DNA of 57,130 nt, filler included, from Sphacelaria rigidula (taxonomy: Eukaryota), in the NCBI GenBank assembly GCA_964200075.2. It is 8 parts of 8 records of this genome, joined end to end, with 100 filler letters (N's around TTAATTAATTAA, not from the genome) between each part and the next. Parts side by side here need not be neighbours in the genome. Positions count along the whole stretch, not along the records: positions 1 to 7,054 come from CAXNAA020016735.1; positions 7,155 to 14,208 come from CAXNAA020016736.1; positions 14,309 to 21,362 come from CAXNAA020016737.1; 5 more parts are not named here. One strand, given 5' to 3'. The notes below the pieces were generated by a model that was not told the origin of the DNA, did no database searches, and was given only the letters and a program-made list of their open reading frames with translations. Position numbers and translations under genes: made by a program. Position 1 is the first letter of the stretch. Each line of letters begins with the position of its first letter. Below, piece by piece: positions 1 to 14,393 of the stretch.

Positions 1-11
1 CCCCCCTCTTT

Positions 12-86
12 CGTCTCGAAAGGGATGCGTGGAAAATGGTCAAATGACTAAGGCAAGCAAAAAATGAGTACGCCCCCCCCCCCCCC
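12..86 (+). repeat. Interspersed repeat ending GAGTACG-poly(C); copies also at 7155-7223 and 31838-31916
   Basis: AGGGATGCGTGG(TC)AATGGTCA..GACTAA.GCAAGCAA..AAATGAGTACGCCCCC occurs in three separate contigs. Confidence 0.8.
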
Positions 87-3062
87 TCTTTGACGCGAGT
101 AAATCCCTTACCCGAAAAAGTATGGACTCACCTCTACCGCGGTACCTCCCTGACTCTTAAGGATTGAATCGGCACTTTCGCAGCCGGTCGAAAATTTACT
201 ATCGCCATTGCGATTTGTTCTTGTCACGAGCCCTGCACATCATATATACTATGTTGTATGCGGTTCCAGTGTTATTCGCCGGCAAGCTACCATCCACCAG
301 CACGATAAAAATACTGGCCTTACTGGCGGCACAAGGCAACCCTTCTTTGTGCCCCGTGTGCCCCTTTAATGAGCGCTGTGCCCTTTTCATGTGGGCTGTC
401 TGCCTTTTACGCACAATCTACCTTTCTTGGGGCAACCCAAGCGTAGCTCCCCCCACCCGCCTTCCTCGCCGATAGAAATTTTCTATTTTCAGGCAAGGAA
501 TGGATGGAGGCGTCCAGTCTTCAGATATCAAGCCATGTACGGTTTCCACAATCATCGGCAGGTCGGCCACGATAGACCCCGCCACCCCACCCTAGCAGTA
601 GCACTTGCTGGACCCCTGAATACACGCGACGCCTTCAGCAAAAAGCCGAAAAGCAGTGGACAACGAGCTGGTGAACGAATGTCCTTACAAGGACCGCTAG
701 GACGTTTCCCATAGATTGGTGATATGTATCTGGTATCGACCATGTTCATTTTTCGGCAGTCGCCGACCATGTTTTCCCCCGCAATGTTGTGTGGGCATTA
801 TCGATGCAAACATACGAACCGAGACACATATGGTACACTTTTTTACGCGCACGTGAAGACATGTTCGATTACAATTGGAAGCTGCTGTGGTGCCTGACTG
901 CGATCCACCCACACCCAAGACAAACGCACGTGCAGAAGGCCCCTTCATAATCTCATCCCTCTTGATTTGTACCGATCGCATCCCCTGCCTCCGTGCACCC
1001 GCCTTTCTGTGACCGTATCAAAACACCAAAATACGTAACAGGTAACAGTAACACCAAAGCTCAGCGGTCAATTACGTTCGGAACGACAAAACTGCGACCA
1101 ATTATGTGAAATGTCTCTGTCTCAAAACGTGAATCTCCACAGTTCATGTTCTAATCACCCGCGCTGCCTCTTCCCCTCCCTCCGCGCTCCCCCGTGTGTT
1201 CTCTTCTTTTCCGCTTTAACGCACACACACACACACATATACCCGCACCGATATATACATACACACCGTAAAACTGCGGCGAAACACCCGAAATAAAAAA
1301 AAGAACAGGTCGCCAAGTTTTACCACACGCGAGAGGCATGGTGCTTTCTGATGCTGGAGCGCAGCAGGGGTGCCTTGTTCGCCCTTACTCGACGCGCCAG
1401 CCAAGAAAAACTATCTCCATCCTCACGCTCACCTGGCCTCTTGTCCCCGCACGAAGTCTGCGGCGACGATGCGGTACCTCAAGCCGGGCCAAGGGGTGCG
1501 GGCGGGGCACGGAAAACCGCCGGCGAGCTGGAAGGAAAGTGAGACATTGACTTGATGAGGCGACGGGGGATATTGTGCAGACATATTGCCTCCTGTTTCT
1601 CCTTTGTTCCCATTATTGAATGATGAACTAGTTATTCATGTACGAACGATGGGCTTCTCGCGCAGCGTTGCCTGTAATTTTCCCCTACCCGCTTTCCTGA
1701 CGGTACGGTGAGGGGAGGGGGGAGGGGGGAGGGGTTAGTGTTCTGGATGCACTTCAGCTGTCAGATCGTTTACATGCACCTATTTCTCAATACCAATTGG
1801 ACGATTATCGATGATGACAAATCGCCCTTGCAGGTGATGGCACGACTAGTGGCGAAGATATATCGTTCTGCTTCTTTTTTTTTTTTTCGCATTTTCACTC
1901 AATCTGAAGAAATTGCATGAGTGAACCGCGGGACTTTGGTGCTGAAGCCGTACCACTGTGACAAGAACAAAAAAGGCGATTCGTAGCTTCCCGATGGCCG
2001 TTCCACTCACGCCACCGAAGGTTACACAGTGCAATCCCAGTACTTTTTACAACACTTTCCTGCGATGGCCTCACCACCGTTTCGGCACCACGTACCTACA
2101 CTGTACCGAATCGGGGTACAGTTCTATGCCCTCGTCTTAGTAACATCCCCTGGTGATGAGTTTTTGGAGCCTAGAACGTCATCACGTGAAAATGTTGTTC
2201 GTTGTGGTGCACATACTAATGGCATTCATCTACTTACCCTTTCGTCGTTGTTTTGGTTTGGTTTCCTCTGTTGTGTCGGACTTGTCAAGAATCTTGGTGC
2301 ATATATGACAGTTGTATAATTTATCCTTTTACTGCGAATTCAGGAGGAAAGTTGTCTCGGATGCTGACAGTCCAGCATTGTCATCTCTCGAGCCCTGACA
2401 GGCTACCATTTCGTCTTCGCTTGACTTTAGCCCTTATAACGCGATGCGGGTAGTCCATCTAGATCACACATATTGTCTTCAAGTGAAATTGATGCCGATT
2501 AAGCAGGTAACCTACCCACGCGGTCGAAGGGTTGATGTGCATTTTGTTTATGCCATGTCTCAAGCGCTGGCAGGTCATATTTCGCTCAATTTTAGAGTGC
2601 GTTCTGTTTGGATTTAGAGTACATGTGCTCTCCGGGCTGTTCTGCATCGCGTTGCGATGGGGTCCGGTCGATGCGCTGTGTGCTTCCATCTTTTCGCTCG
2701 TCCCTGATCCGCCGCCAACTAGACGTAGGTTGCGGCTACTTTTTTCTTTGACTTCGGCGATTCCGATTGCTGTCACCTGTCTTTGAAGTCTCGGGTTGAC
2801 CTTGATCGTGTTGACCCTTTGGCCGTTGGAGGTTCCCGTTTGTTGAATCGATACCACAAATGGACCAAGGGTCAACGCTCTCCTCTCGGGCGAATCTCCC
2901 CCCACTCAGACTGCTATTCTGTACGTCATTCTTCCTACTGTACTGTACTGCTGTACATGTACTGTCCCGGAAAGTACACCATCCAAGGGTTGCTCGGTGC
3001 TCTCAAACATCGCTGTGTATGTTTGCCCCCCCGTGCATGTGTGGTGTTCTAAGAACCCACTA

Positions 3063-4652
3063 CAGGCTGGTTCACGAAACCCCCCCCCCCCAAAACATTT
3101 ATCGGCAAAACTTCACGCCATTTTGAAGAGTTAGACCCCGAAATTTTGCACAGGTGTTCTATGGGTCATTACGCAACCTTGTATGAACGATTTTTTTTTT
3201 TCGTTTACTTTTTTGCTTTTTCCACAGTTTTTGGGGGGAAACTTCGATCCAGTCGGACCCCCGTGAAACGGTAGAAAAACAAGATAAACAAGAAAAACAA
3301 GAAAAACCTCGTCCGTACAAAGTTGCGTAATGATCCATAGCACAGTTGTTCAAAATTTCAGGATCTAACTCCTTCAAACGGCGTGGAGTTTTTCGCGTTT
3401 GTGCGATGAACCTTGCCGTGCCACGGTGAAACGGCAAACTACTAGATTTGGTATGAAAATGGCGTTGTTGGGCCTTTTTCGAGGTAAACATGAAAATTCA
3501 AGCACCTGTTAATCGAGTTTGGCCACGAAACTCTGTGGGGTTCTTCCTTGGGTTTTGCGGCGGCAGAGCGTTCGCGAAAAAAATGAAAAAAATATTAGGG
3601 CCGGTTTTCCGGGGTCCCAGTATGGATAACTTCGAAAACACGACTTGGATCCCGTTGGACCCCAGAAAAACGGTAAATAAACTCAAGAAGTAGAAAAATC
3701 TCATTGATCGAAACTTGCGTAGTGAATCATAACATATTTGTGCAAAGTTTCAGGGTCTAACTCCTTATAAATGCGTGAAGATTTGCGCATTTGTGCGGAG
3801 GGTGTAAGCTTAACCGTTTTGGGACCGGACTCTCAGAAGCACGCGGTTTACACGCAGGGGCATTTCCGTGAACCGACATCATCTTCACTTGAAAACGAAT
3901 GGAAATGATGCCGATTCACAAGAAGCCCCCTGTGTGAAAGCCACATGTTTCTGGGAATCCGGTTCCGAAGGGGTTAAAACGTGCAAACTTCCAACTACTT
4001 GGTTTGAATATAAAGACATCTTTTGGGGGTGAATTTTACGTCAAGGCAGGAGAAGTTGTATGATATTTTCGAGTTTCTCCACCAAGAATTGTGCATGTGT
4101 TCCTTGGACCATCCTGGGACGCATCATGTTATTATTTTTTATTTTGAGTCATTTTGTACCGCGTTTCGGGTGTCTTTGTACTGGGACCCTTGGAAGCCGG
4201 TAGAGGACGGAGAAACTTTGAACCCTTGGCAAGAACACAATTTTTCCATTCGTGTCATGAGTAGAAATTAGACGACGCAAACCTCCACATCACCGAAACA
4301 TTACGGTTTCGGGTATAATTCGACTCCGTTGGAACCGTTTTCAAATCCTATTCTCCCGTTAGATTTTTGAGGTGATGGCGGTCACTACGATTTAAAGCAT
4401 GGGGAGATTCGGTGGAAATTGGGCATGGAATTCGTATTTTGAATTTCATAATAATTTGAAAGACGCTGATTGGTCAAGACACATTTTTGTTCATAGCGCC
4501 ACCGCTATGTCCTTGAAAAAAAATCCAGCTATGTCACCCTCTTCGTCTGTTCATTGCGGTCAGTATGATACCATGTATGCGACTATTGGGTGCGTAATGC
4601 AGAAGGCATTTGCTGATGACAGAATTTGTTTTTTTTCCCGTGGACCAGCCTG
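3063..4652. mobile_element. Non-autonomous DNA transposon, TA TSD (Tc1/mariner-like), copy 1
   Basis: TA|CAGGCTGGTTCACG ... CGTGGACCAGCCTG|TA; internal inverted subrepeats; colinear with 23384-26364. Confidence 0.85.
3814..3973. mobile_element. piggyBac-type MITE (TTAA TSD), nested in copy 1
   Basis: TTAA|CCGTTTTGGGACCGGA ... TCCGGTTCCGAAGGGG|TTAA. The empty site GAGCTTAAAACGTGC is present in copy 2 near 24548. Confidence 0.85.
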
Positions 4653-7054
4653 TACAGTCAGCACAGGATCGTACAGCTGTACAGCATGAGCTATGATATC
4701 TGTGCTTGATGTATTTCAACATTGCAGTGATGAACTGCACTGTGCCGGGATATTGTCGCACACTACCGCCAGGGACGGCATGATGTGTGTCGAAACTCGA
4801 TCCAATGATCGTGGCGGCGTAAGCCACCGAAACCCTTGCATATGTATCATATGAAGATATATTTCTACACTTATAGTGCCTGAATGAAACTGTGCGGCGG
4901 TGATGCCTCTGTCGTTGATTTTTTGGTAGATTTGGGTTGCACACGTGAACGATTTCTGTGTCTCGTATCAAAGCCAAACGTGTGCCGATCAGCAACCACT
5001 TTAGTACCCACTCGTGCGAAGCCGTTCGCTCGCCCTTGTGAAATTTCGCGTTACCTTGTTGCCGCTTAGACCTCAGACGAAATCTTGATGCGCTGTGTTG
5101 TTGTTGTCGGGCGGATTTTCTTTATTCGAACGACGTGCGTGAGACGCAGGTTCCTAGAGGCGAAAGCAGGCTTGTCTGTCCTGTTGGCGGAGTGTGGAGG
5201 CCTGCTGAAGTTCGTCGAAATGAACATGCACGCTTTCCGGTGAGGGTGTCGCGACCAAGGGTCCGGTGGGGCCTTACCGTCAGGACCCAGGGTGAACTGG
5301 TATATTGATCGGCTGTCTTCGTAGTTCATCAGCTAATGTGGTCCTAAGATGGACTGCCCATGTTTCCAAAAGTGAACGTAATATGATATCGACAAAATAC
5401 GAGGAATTAAGGGAAGGAAGGGCAAGTAGCCTGAGTGCAAAGCGCTCAAGAGTATAGGCCTCATTCGAGATACTCCACTTGTGGTGCGGTAAATGACTCC
5501 AACCACACATACACGTGTAGCTTACGAGCTGGGCCAGCTTAAAAGCGACTAAAAGTTGCTCACCCCACAGCTTTCCCAGTTTCCCGAATGAACCCGATGT
5601 AAGCGTATCACTGTGAAGTGTAGACCAACCTGGTAACACACGGCACCGCCGCTTAATGAAAAGAAGAAGAAAAACATGTACTGCATAACGCATGTCCTTG
5701 ACGACGAACGAAAAAAAAGAGAATCTGTCGGGATTCGAACCCATGACCTCTATAATTGGAGTCTCCCATCACTTGATTCACAGGGGTGCAACAGCGTCAC
5801 GGAAGATATTGAACGCACGGCCCCAATTCGACGATTCTCGAGCTGAAATTTCAGATAGACCTTCTGTACCCAAGGAACTGATACTTTACGTGAGCAGCTG
5901 CAGATTCTCTTTTTTTCCTGGACTTGTGACGTTATCTTATTTTTTTTGCTGAAATTTCAAATGCCCATAACTTCTTTTTCTTTTCTTTTTTTCCTTGCTG
6001 CTTACGTGATCTTCTGCCTTTCGATCATCAAAAGCTGCTGTCAAAATTTCAGCGTCCAACTCGTAAATACGCGCCGTGCGTCGCCTGAGCGAGATTCACA
6101 CCTACTCTTGGCTGGCCCAGCTCGTATGATTTTCGCTGGATTCTAGGTGGGTACCCCTGACCCCAACTCTACCATATGTCGAGCGAGTTGAGCGAAGGTC
6201 TCTTGCGCTCGCATCGCATCATCATACCTCTGAGCTATTGAACAAGCAGCTACCAACCATTTTTTTATGGCATGTTTTTCAACAATCGGGGTACTTTTAG
6301 AGTGGAGTTGTTGTATATATTCTCTTCTCTTGGCCCCAAAAAGTCCAAGCACACTGCCACCACGAGAATACGCCATGGCTTCCCACGTGGTCAACAGACG
6401 TCACCGACAAAACCACAGCGCACCCCCATACAGCACCGTTGACCGCTAGGGTGGATCATTTTGACCGTACGTTCATTTCCCATGTGGAAATGATGCCGAA
6501 TCGAACGACAAGCCCCCCAGAGTACTTGAAGGGTTAACCTCTTCACTGTCGAGACTCTGCTCGAGTAGTAAATGGACGTCTCATAGGGCCTTCGTAATAT
6601 TTTTGGCATACATTGCAGGCTAACCCCGCTTTGCTTCGCTGAATTCGCGGGACCGTGAGCGGCGAATAATTGTGGACATTGAAGATTTTCGGAAATCTTT
6701 TTTTTTTATCTTGGAGTCAGAGCAGAAGGGAAGATAGCCTGTAACGGTGCGCATTCCACTCTGATTTGTTTTTCAGAGCGATTTTTTCAGCGTCAGAGTG
6801 CCGTCTGCACCTCGTTGTTCCTCTCCAGAGTCCATAGCGGAACACGAAAAAACCACGCCCACCTTCACCACCATGGTCATGGCCAGTCCAAAACCAATAC
6901 ACATCAACAAGCAAAGTGGTATATCCGTCATCCATCACAACTGTCATGCTCATCACAATTCACGAAGTAGAAAAGCTTGCACAGTGAGGACAAATCATCA
7001 CGACTCAAAATCACCAAATTTACGATTTCTTCTGCCTGATTGCCCGAAAGGGAG

Positions 7055-7154
7055 NNNNNNNNNNNNNNNNNNNNNNNNNNNNNNNNNNNNNNNNNNNNTT
7101 AATTAATTAANNNNNNNNNNNNNNNNNNNNNNNNNNNNNNNNNNNNNNNNNNNN
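7055..7154. other. Artificial contig spacer N44-TTAATTAATTAA-N44 (also 14209-14308, 21363-21462, 28517-28616, 35671-35770, 42825-42924, 49978-50077)
   Basis: Seven identical 100-bp spacers separate pieces of 7054 or 7053 bp, consistent with length-sorted concatenation. Confidence 0.97.
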
Positions 7155-9593
7155 AGGGATGCGTGGTCAATGGTCAAACGACTAACGCAAGCAACCAAAT
7201 GAGTACGCCCCCTCCCCCCCCCCATAACCCCTCCGCACAATTGATTGATTGAAAAATTGTCGCACATAGATTGATGCCCGATGGGCTGTACCCAGTCGTA
7301 GTCATTATTCACAGGATAGACGTACCCAAGGTGAAGAAAATGGGAATGCTCGCTACATAGAAATGAATTCGAAGGGAGGGGAGATAAACCATGAAGCAAC
7401 ACAAATTGAGTACACCGAAATATATAAAAAAACAAATGGAACAGACAACGTGAAGGAAAAGAACGGAAAATGATGAGAGAAAACAAAAAAAAACGAAAAT
7501 AGAAAATAGATTAACAACGGTGATACTCTACTTATATTTTTTTGTTGTCAACGAACCCAGACGTTCTTTTCAAAGGTCGGAGACTTTTACTGTCGTGAGC
7601 CGTTCACCACTTTTCAGTTTTGTGGTGCGTTCGAGTGTGAATACGAACCCTGCGAACGGCTGACCTTGCCTCTCCCGGCCCCCTCTTCCAAGTAGGTGTT
7701 CTGATTGTCCAAGTATCCAGGGCCCGAAGCGTTCTGACTTTCGAGCACCCGACAACCTAATTTGAACCGTTGTTCTCAATGATTCCTTCGCGTGTGCCAC
7801 CTGTCTTCGCAGTCGGAAGGTGAACCCTACCTATGTCAAAGGTGTACTACTACTCCCTGCGCTAACGTTTGTAAGACGCTGGAGTGATGGGCTTCCCCCG
7901 TCCCTCGTATATGAGTATGTCATGCAAGATCATAAGTACCCCCCCTCCTCCCCCTAGCCCGCTGTCGAAGGGGTCCCCGGGTCCATTTCTGTGCCCAGAT
8001 ACAATACTTGTTGTCGGCGTATCTTCACACGTCTCAGATGCCAAGAATCGTCGACGCATTTAAACTTGATTTTCGCACCAGGGCGGACTACGGTTGATGA
8101 TTCAATCGCGCAGGACAGTAGAGGTGCGAACGCACCAACAGTGTCCAGTGGCCGGGAGCACACGCTCAGAACAAATGTGAGCTATACCTGACCGCCGTGC
8201 TCCCGCCACATCACTGAATGACGTGAATCATTTGATGTTCCTTTGTTCTCTTTATTAGCAGGTAGTGCAAATTCTACATCTTCCTTCCTCCTATTTATTG
8301 CGAGTCGCAAGGCACATAGCGGTGCTTGACGACTTCTACTGCTAACCGTGTCCACATCCCCCTACGCTCGCCCTCTTCCAACAACGCGACTGTTGTCAGC
8401 TACCAAAACGTTGAAAAACGTTTTGACGCCCAAGATATTTCCCCAACTTGTACGGGACGCATGTTCGGATTTCTAGGTTTGGGCAACTTGACTCCGTACA
8501 CACATGGCGAACCGAACAAAAGGCAGTGCCTAAGACGTACATTCCCAATGCTAATATTTTCTTCACCCCTTAAGGTTACTCACGTCTCCCCGGGATACCC
8601 CTCCTCGTGCGGACGGGAACGCAACTCAAGTGTTCGTTGGAAATGATGACCAATGAACGTACTAGCAAGGGGGTGGCTGTGAGAGGTCTCAGAAGGTACA
8701 CACCCTTCATTTTTGTTATCGTCTCTTTTTTTCCAAGCCCTTCTCGTGCTCGGGCCTAGTCCGTCGTCTCAGGGGATCACCCCCTCTCTCCTCCGGTACA
8801 AACCTTGCGTTTTGGTACCGCGGATTAGGGTCAGCCGTGCCGTACTGCGTCGACTCTCGTCAACATGCCGTATCTGCTACTAACAGTCTCATATTCCCGA
8901 CGATATTCCCGACGACGGGAGCAACAAAGGCATGAGAAAAAGAAAAGTGTATCTTCGGGAATTCGGATCCTCAGTCCTCCGCCATCACTGGTGTCAGCTA
9001 TTCCATTTGGAATTCCTCAGGTACGGCGGCAATCTTAGTCTGCCTACACCGTAATGTTGCAGAACACCGGGGAGGTATGAGTCGTGTAGCATTTTGGCAT
9101 CCCAACACCTTCGAGGCACCTGGTATCATTTTCATCGAGATTTTAAGTCGGCACATTAACTGTCATCCAATCAGAAACGCAGTAAGAAAGAAAACAGGGG
9201 AAAGCGAGGACGAAGATTGTTGTTATTCTTCATTATCCGACGAGGCCACAGCACGACCAAGGTGAAAGCCGAGAGCTTACGTTTTGCCAGCGAAGCCGCA
9301 CTGAGAGACCCTGCAGTGGTAATGCTCCCTCCAGAAAGATCCATCTTCGTGGGAAAACGGGCAGCATCCTGTCCTGCACCTTCCCTGGCGTTCCGTGACT
9401 TTCTCGAAATCGTTTCTGTGTGTTGGATTCACGCCCGCAAGCGCAGCAAATGGGGGCGGGGACGAGGGGGGGGGGGGGGGGGGACCCCTTGTTTTGCCTG
9501 CCGGGGGTATGGGGCCGGTGGCCCCGCCCCACCACAAAGCCGGGGCCNNNNNNNNNNTGTTGTGTGGGGGGGTATGGGGGGGGGCGGGGGGGG

Positions 9594-9639
<46 letters not shown>

Positions 9640-11689
9640 GTACTCATGATCTTGCATGCCGTAGTCATGTAGCCGTTGACCTCGCATCACTACAAGGCCG
9701 GGACCAAGCACGCCGGGTTTTCGCTGGATCATGCTCGAATGAGGGTGTGTGTGGGGGGAGGAGGGAGGTGCGGAGGGGGAAGAGGTTTAGGGTCAATGGC
9801 TTGGCATGCTGAGCTTGCAGCACGCACCACTTTAGGTTCGGCTTGGAATTGAATCCAACCATGTCCGATGGTGATTCTCGGTTGGAATTGTGCTACTCAC
9901 GGTGGGTTTCTCGCCGACCCGGAATATCTCAAACAAGAGTAGAATCACGCATCTTCGATTCTCCGTGTACACGAATGTAAACGATCATTCTTGCATGTTA
10001 ATGATCTGTGGGGGACTGTCGAAGCGGTGAACGTTCCGAAAAGCATCGCTGGAACAGTGGTGAAATGCACCACTAGTTGTTTCTTGTCTGGCTGGTTCGT
10101 GCGCCGGACAATATGCATGCGACTATGGTTGATGAAACACCGATACCACGGTATTAATCGGTAGGAGGGGTGCATCCATCAAGCATGCCAACCTGTACAC
10201 TTCAGAGGTCGAAACACTTTGGCATGGACGCCACGACAAACAGCTAGCTCGACCTCAATGGTATCCACGCATACATTCAAGCCTACGCAAGGGGGGCGCG
10301 AGGGCGGATGTTTTTTTCATGTTGAAGATCGCTCATATTTTCCGTATTTTTCAAGGTTGAGTCCCTTCAACAGCAAGGATTTGTCCCGTTGGTCGTCAAG
10401 ATTCGGGGGACCAGGTGTATGACATGAACCCCTCCCTGTACACACGGGCATCACGTGACACTGGGTTATGCGGGCAATCATGAGCCCAAACGGCAAGGTT
10501 CTTTTGGCGGCTCACGATAGAATTCTCAACATCGAAAAGGTTTCCGGGGGTGGTCACTGCAGCGACATCGTACATGCAAACCCAGTCTCAAACGGGTTTC
10601 GCCCGCTACGTCAGCCTTCTAAGATCTTACGTTTGGTTCACGAACAATTTTCCCGTTTGATTGGCCCGAAGCTGTTGTGAAATGTGCAGGGATCTTCAGT
10701 GCAAGATAATAATTCATATCCCGTATACATGAACATATGAGGTCACTGACGTGTGTGTCGTTATCTCTCAGTGCGACTTATATAACTCGCGATGAAGGCG
10801 TTACTGGAGCTCTTGGCCGTGACGCACGTAGCGTTTTTTTTCACGCAGAGAATACAACATCGCACATAAAACCACGCAAAAACGCGGCCTCGCCGGCATG
10901 GTGGAAGTTCAGTGGAATATACATGCAAGCTTTTTTCCTTGGTCGAACGGTTGAGTCGTATCGCGTACACTCCTCATGAGCCGTACCTCTGGATAATGAC
11001 TCCTGGAACTGCGGTCTTGTGCCCTCGGGAGTCCCTACAGGAAGGAAGGTACATATATGCATGCAGACGTGACAAAGACGATAAACGGTCTTTTACGGGG
11101 GAACAAACGACCAAAACTGGTATATCCTAGTATCAAGATCCACGTGCCAGACACCAACGATAGTCGCACAGTGGTCGTAAAGATGACGATGAGTTGAGTG
11201 CTCGTTGAAGCTCACAGCTTGCAGATTGGCCGACAGGATTGCCTACATTCTTTCACGAAATCTTTCTCTCATCCCCTACTTCGCCGCGCAACGTCTAAAA
11301 TCGCTCGGACGGCGTTAAAATCGCTCGGACGGAACGCTTTTGTGTATGGGGGAAAGATCTGCCTCATCCATCTCAGCACCTCAAGATTCCCTGTGACACT
11401 TCCCGCCGCGACGTACCGAATAAAAACCATTCATGAGAAAGCACGTTGTACGTGACGAAGCTGAGGCCCATCAAGCACAATTAGTCTCTTGACTGCGGCC
11501 GCCAAAAGCGCACGCGCAGCGTACCCCAAACGTAGGCACACTGCGTATGGATTTGTGAGTATATATACATATATATAGAGAGAGAAATATTGATAGTGTG
11601 CACTGCAGCTGTTGCTATCCCATACTAGTACAGCGCGTAAACGTTTTTGAAGCGGGGCCTTCGTGCGGCTCAAAATATGGCCGTTCTAT

Positions 11690-13060
11690 TCAGATTTTCC
11701 CGGGAAAAAAATTGAAACGATAACAAAAACAAGAAATGCATGACGTGAACCCACACCATAAAGGCTTTCGTGATCCAATTTATATCTATAATAGTATCTC
11801 ACGGTGGATACCTCTGCATAACTATCAAAATGCGTACGTTTAGGCGTCGGAAACGCGTGCGCCCAAATGGATCCCAACTGGTCAAACACGAGCACTTGCG
11901 TGCATGCAGTGGGATGTACACTTACGAGGACTTCACGATGCTGCCTGCGTGTCTCCGTTCAGAAATTAGTTATTTGAGTGCCTGGTGACACTGACCATTC
12001 GAGGCCTCGCATGAGGTGAGGATGGCATGTGGTTTCTGAGAAAAGTAATACACAGGTGATATATTAAAACAACCTGGTCCATTCATCGATCTTGTTATTG
12101 GTACATAAAAGGCCCACCAAATACCCCAATAACGCTACACTGAGACCCACGTGAAGTATCGTCCACATTTGAACGACATTTGTTTCATGCGAAAAACGCC
12201 TCCGTACCTAGGGCCAGAGCGGCGACAGATGCCAAATTGACACGGCTCGCCCACTTTCTTGCACGGAGTGCAAGGCTTAAACCCTCCAGCCGGGTTGCTG
12301 CCATCACACCGCACCTGTATAGCAGGTGATAAAACAGCTAATGTAAGGCCAGCGGTAAGACTAGAAGTCTACAGCCCATTAAACGCCACCAAATGAGTTT
12401 GGTCGACACCTTGGTCCGAACTGTCCATTGAGCTGCATTGAAAAGCAGAATGTAAGGCCGGGGTAAAGTAAGATTATAAATCTACAGCTTCTTAACGCCA
12501 CCAGATGATTTTGGTCTGAAACCTTTGTCCGAACGGTCGATGGAGCTGCGAGGGTACGAATCGCGGCTACGGGACAACCGTGCGACAGCTGAGCAGTCCG
12601 TTACCAGCTTCAACCTCTGGCCGGCTAAATACGGTCTGATGTGTTGGGCTTCCCACAATGCGGCCATGCACTCTCGTTCCGTACGTGCTCTACGTGCGTG
12701 GGTGCGGGACAATCTGTGTGCTGCTGACAAATGTGAAGTCAGTGTGCTTCACATGCGTGAATACCAATCTCACTGATGTCGCCAATATGAAAAAGTGGTT
12801 CCTCGACGAGCACGTGTGGGAACGTTCCCTTCATATGTGGTGGTACCCACATGATGGGTGTTTGGTCCCCCCCCCACCGACTCTATAGGACATACTGTTC
12901 GCGACTTGACGATCCCACCTTCTTGTCCGCGCATCGATCGCACGACTTTCGGAACTGGGACCACACCAAGTTCTTGCTTCTCTCGCGCGCTTCGGCCGGC
13001 CTCGTGACACTCGAACCTGCTTCGAGAAGTGCAAACCACACGCGGCAGGTCCGGTAGGGG
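11690..13060 (-). mobile_element. Highly decayed Ty3/Gypsy pol fragment (RNase H clear; integrase-like traces weaker)
   Basis: ERECMAALWEAQHIRPYLAGQRLKLVTDCSAV (ORF 12482-12730) matches the Gypsy RNase H pattern. LVFDQLGSIWAHAFPT near 11850-11895 is weakly integrase-like. Confidence 0.6.
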
Positions 13061-13499
13061 AGTAGGGGACGTATTTATTTTTGTTTTTGTTTTTCTTGTC
13101 GTTTTTTTATCTTCCCATCCGACGTTGTTCAGTCTCCGGTGCGCACACTCTGTAGAGGATCTCCTTGAACAGCACTCTAGATAGTATATCTATTTTGCGA
13201 GTGGTCTCTGTTCTACGCGACCGTTTCGGTTATCGGCAAACTCGCTGTTACTACTTTGTGTATACACCAGTACGTGGCAAGGTCGTCCGAGAGATCGCAC
13301 GCGGGGACTTTTTAGATTCCAGTAGGTCTCCTGCAGTTCAATCGGTTTTATACGGATCTATCGTAGTGCAGGTGCCCATTTTTCGTGTAAATGTTTGTTT
13401 CTAGCCTTCCTCTGTGAGCTGTTTGATTTATGGGCGTGGGTGGTATGCTCCTTGCACTCTGTGACCACGGGTTCGAGAGATTGATCTAATGTGACGAAC

Positions 13500-13558
<59 letters not shown>
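13500..13558. repeat. (AAT)n microsatellite, about 19 units
   Basis: Direct reading. Confidence 0.95.
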
Positions 13559-14393
13559 CCGTAGTGTATCCTTTCTTTTCAACATTGATCCACACCATAC
13601 CCCTTCGTGCGCGGAAAGGTAGTTACTGGAGACGTCCAATGGGTTTAGCGGCGTTAGTTTCTCGACAGAATCAAGACGGTTGGCGAGTTAAATTCACAAG
13701 CAACCCCCTACAATACAACTGCTACTGCTGTTTTTATTTCTAGTCCATTTCTCTTCCTCAGACGAGAAGGAAAACGACGATGCCCTCATGGTTGATGTAT
13801 TTCCACTTGACAAGACGTTGCTCGCGTTAACTACTGTAACGAGATCTTGAATCGATCACCTTTTGCTTCGCGGTCCAAGGTGTATATACCGCTTCATCCC
13901 ATTTTCAGGTACCACACCGCACAATTCCGCCATTTTGCTCAAGTCCTAACGACCCGTATTTAATTTGTTTTGTTCACCCTCCCCCCTCCTTTTTTCCCCT
14001 GATGGGGTTGGCGTCGGTTGGCGATGACGCTGTAAAACACGCCACTCGCTGCGTAAGCTAGGCAACCAGGTTTCCGGGGGGTTTTAGCGCGCTTGCGTTT
14101 TTTTTCCGGTAACCATGATGGTAGTCGAGCTAGATCATGTTGTGCGGCGTGGGAGAACCTCAACTCCGCACAATGAGGATGATCGTACTACGTAGGGGGT
14201 CCATGGTGNNNNNNNNNNNNNNNNNNNNNNNNNNNNNNNNNNNNNNNNNNNNTTAATTAATTAANNNNNNNNNNNNNNNNNNNNNNNNNNNNNNNNNNNN
14301 NNNNNNNNAGCCTCTTTTTTCGTGCAACCAAATACCCCCCCCCTATCGTAGGATGACTCTAGAGACCTCTATGTCCATTCCTGCTCATGAAAT

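Noticed and set aside
164..981. ORFs with a DGS motif (RNase H-like?) at the start of the window
   Set aside because: A single short motif in interrupted frames is not enough to name a family.
5715..5790. tRNA-like sequence on the minus strand (GGTTCGAATCCC)
   Set aside because: Only a B box is present and there is no cloverleaf; at most a decayed SINE.
9217..9812. Poly-Gly/poly-Pro ORFs (also 29746-30105 and 31255-31509)
   Set aside because: They are translations of poly-G/C tracts spanning 10-N gaps, in low-quality sequence.
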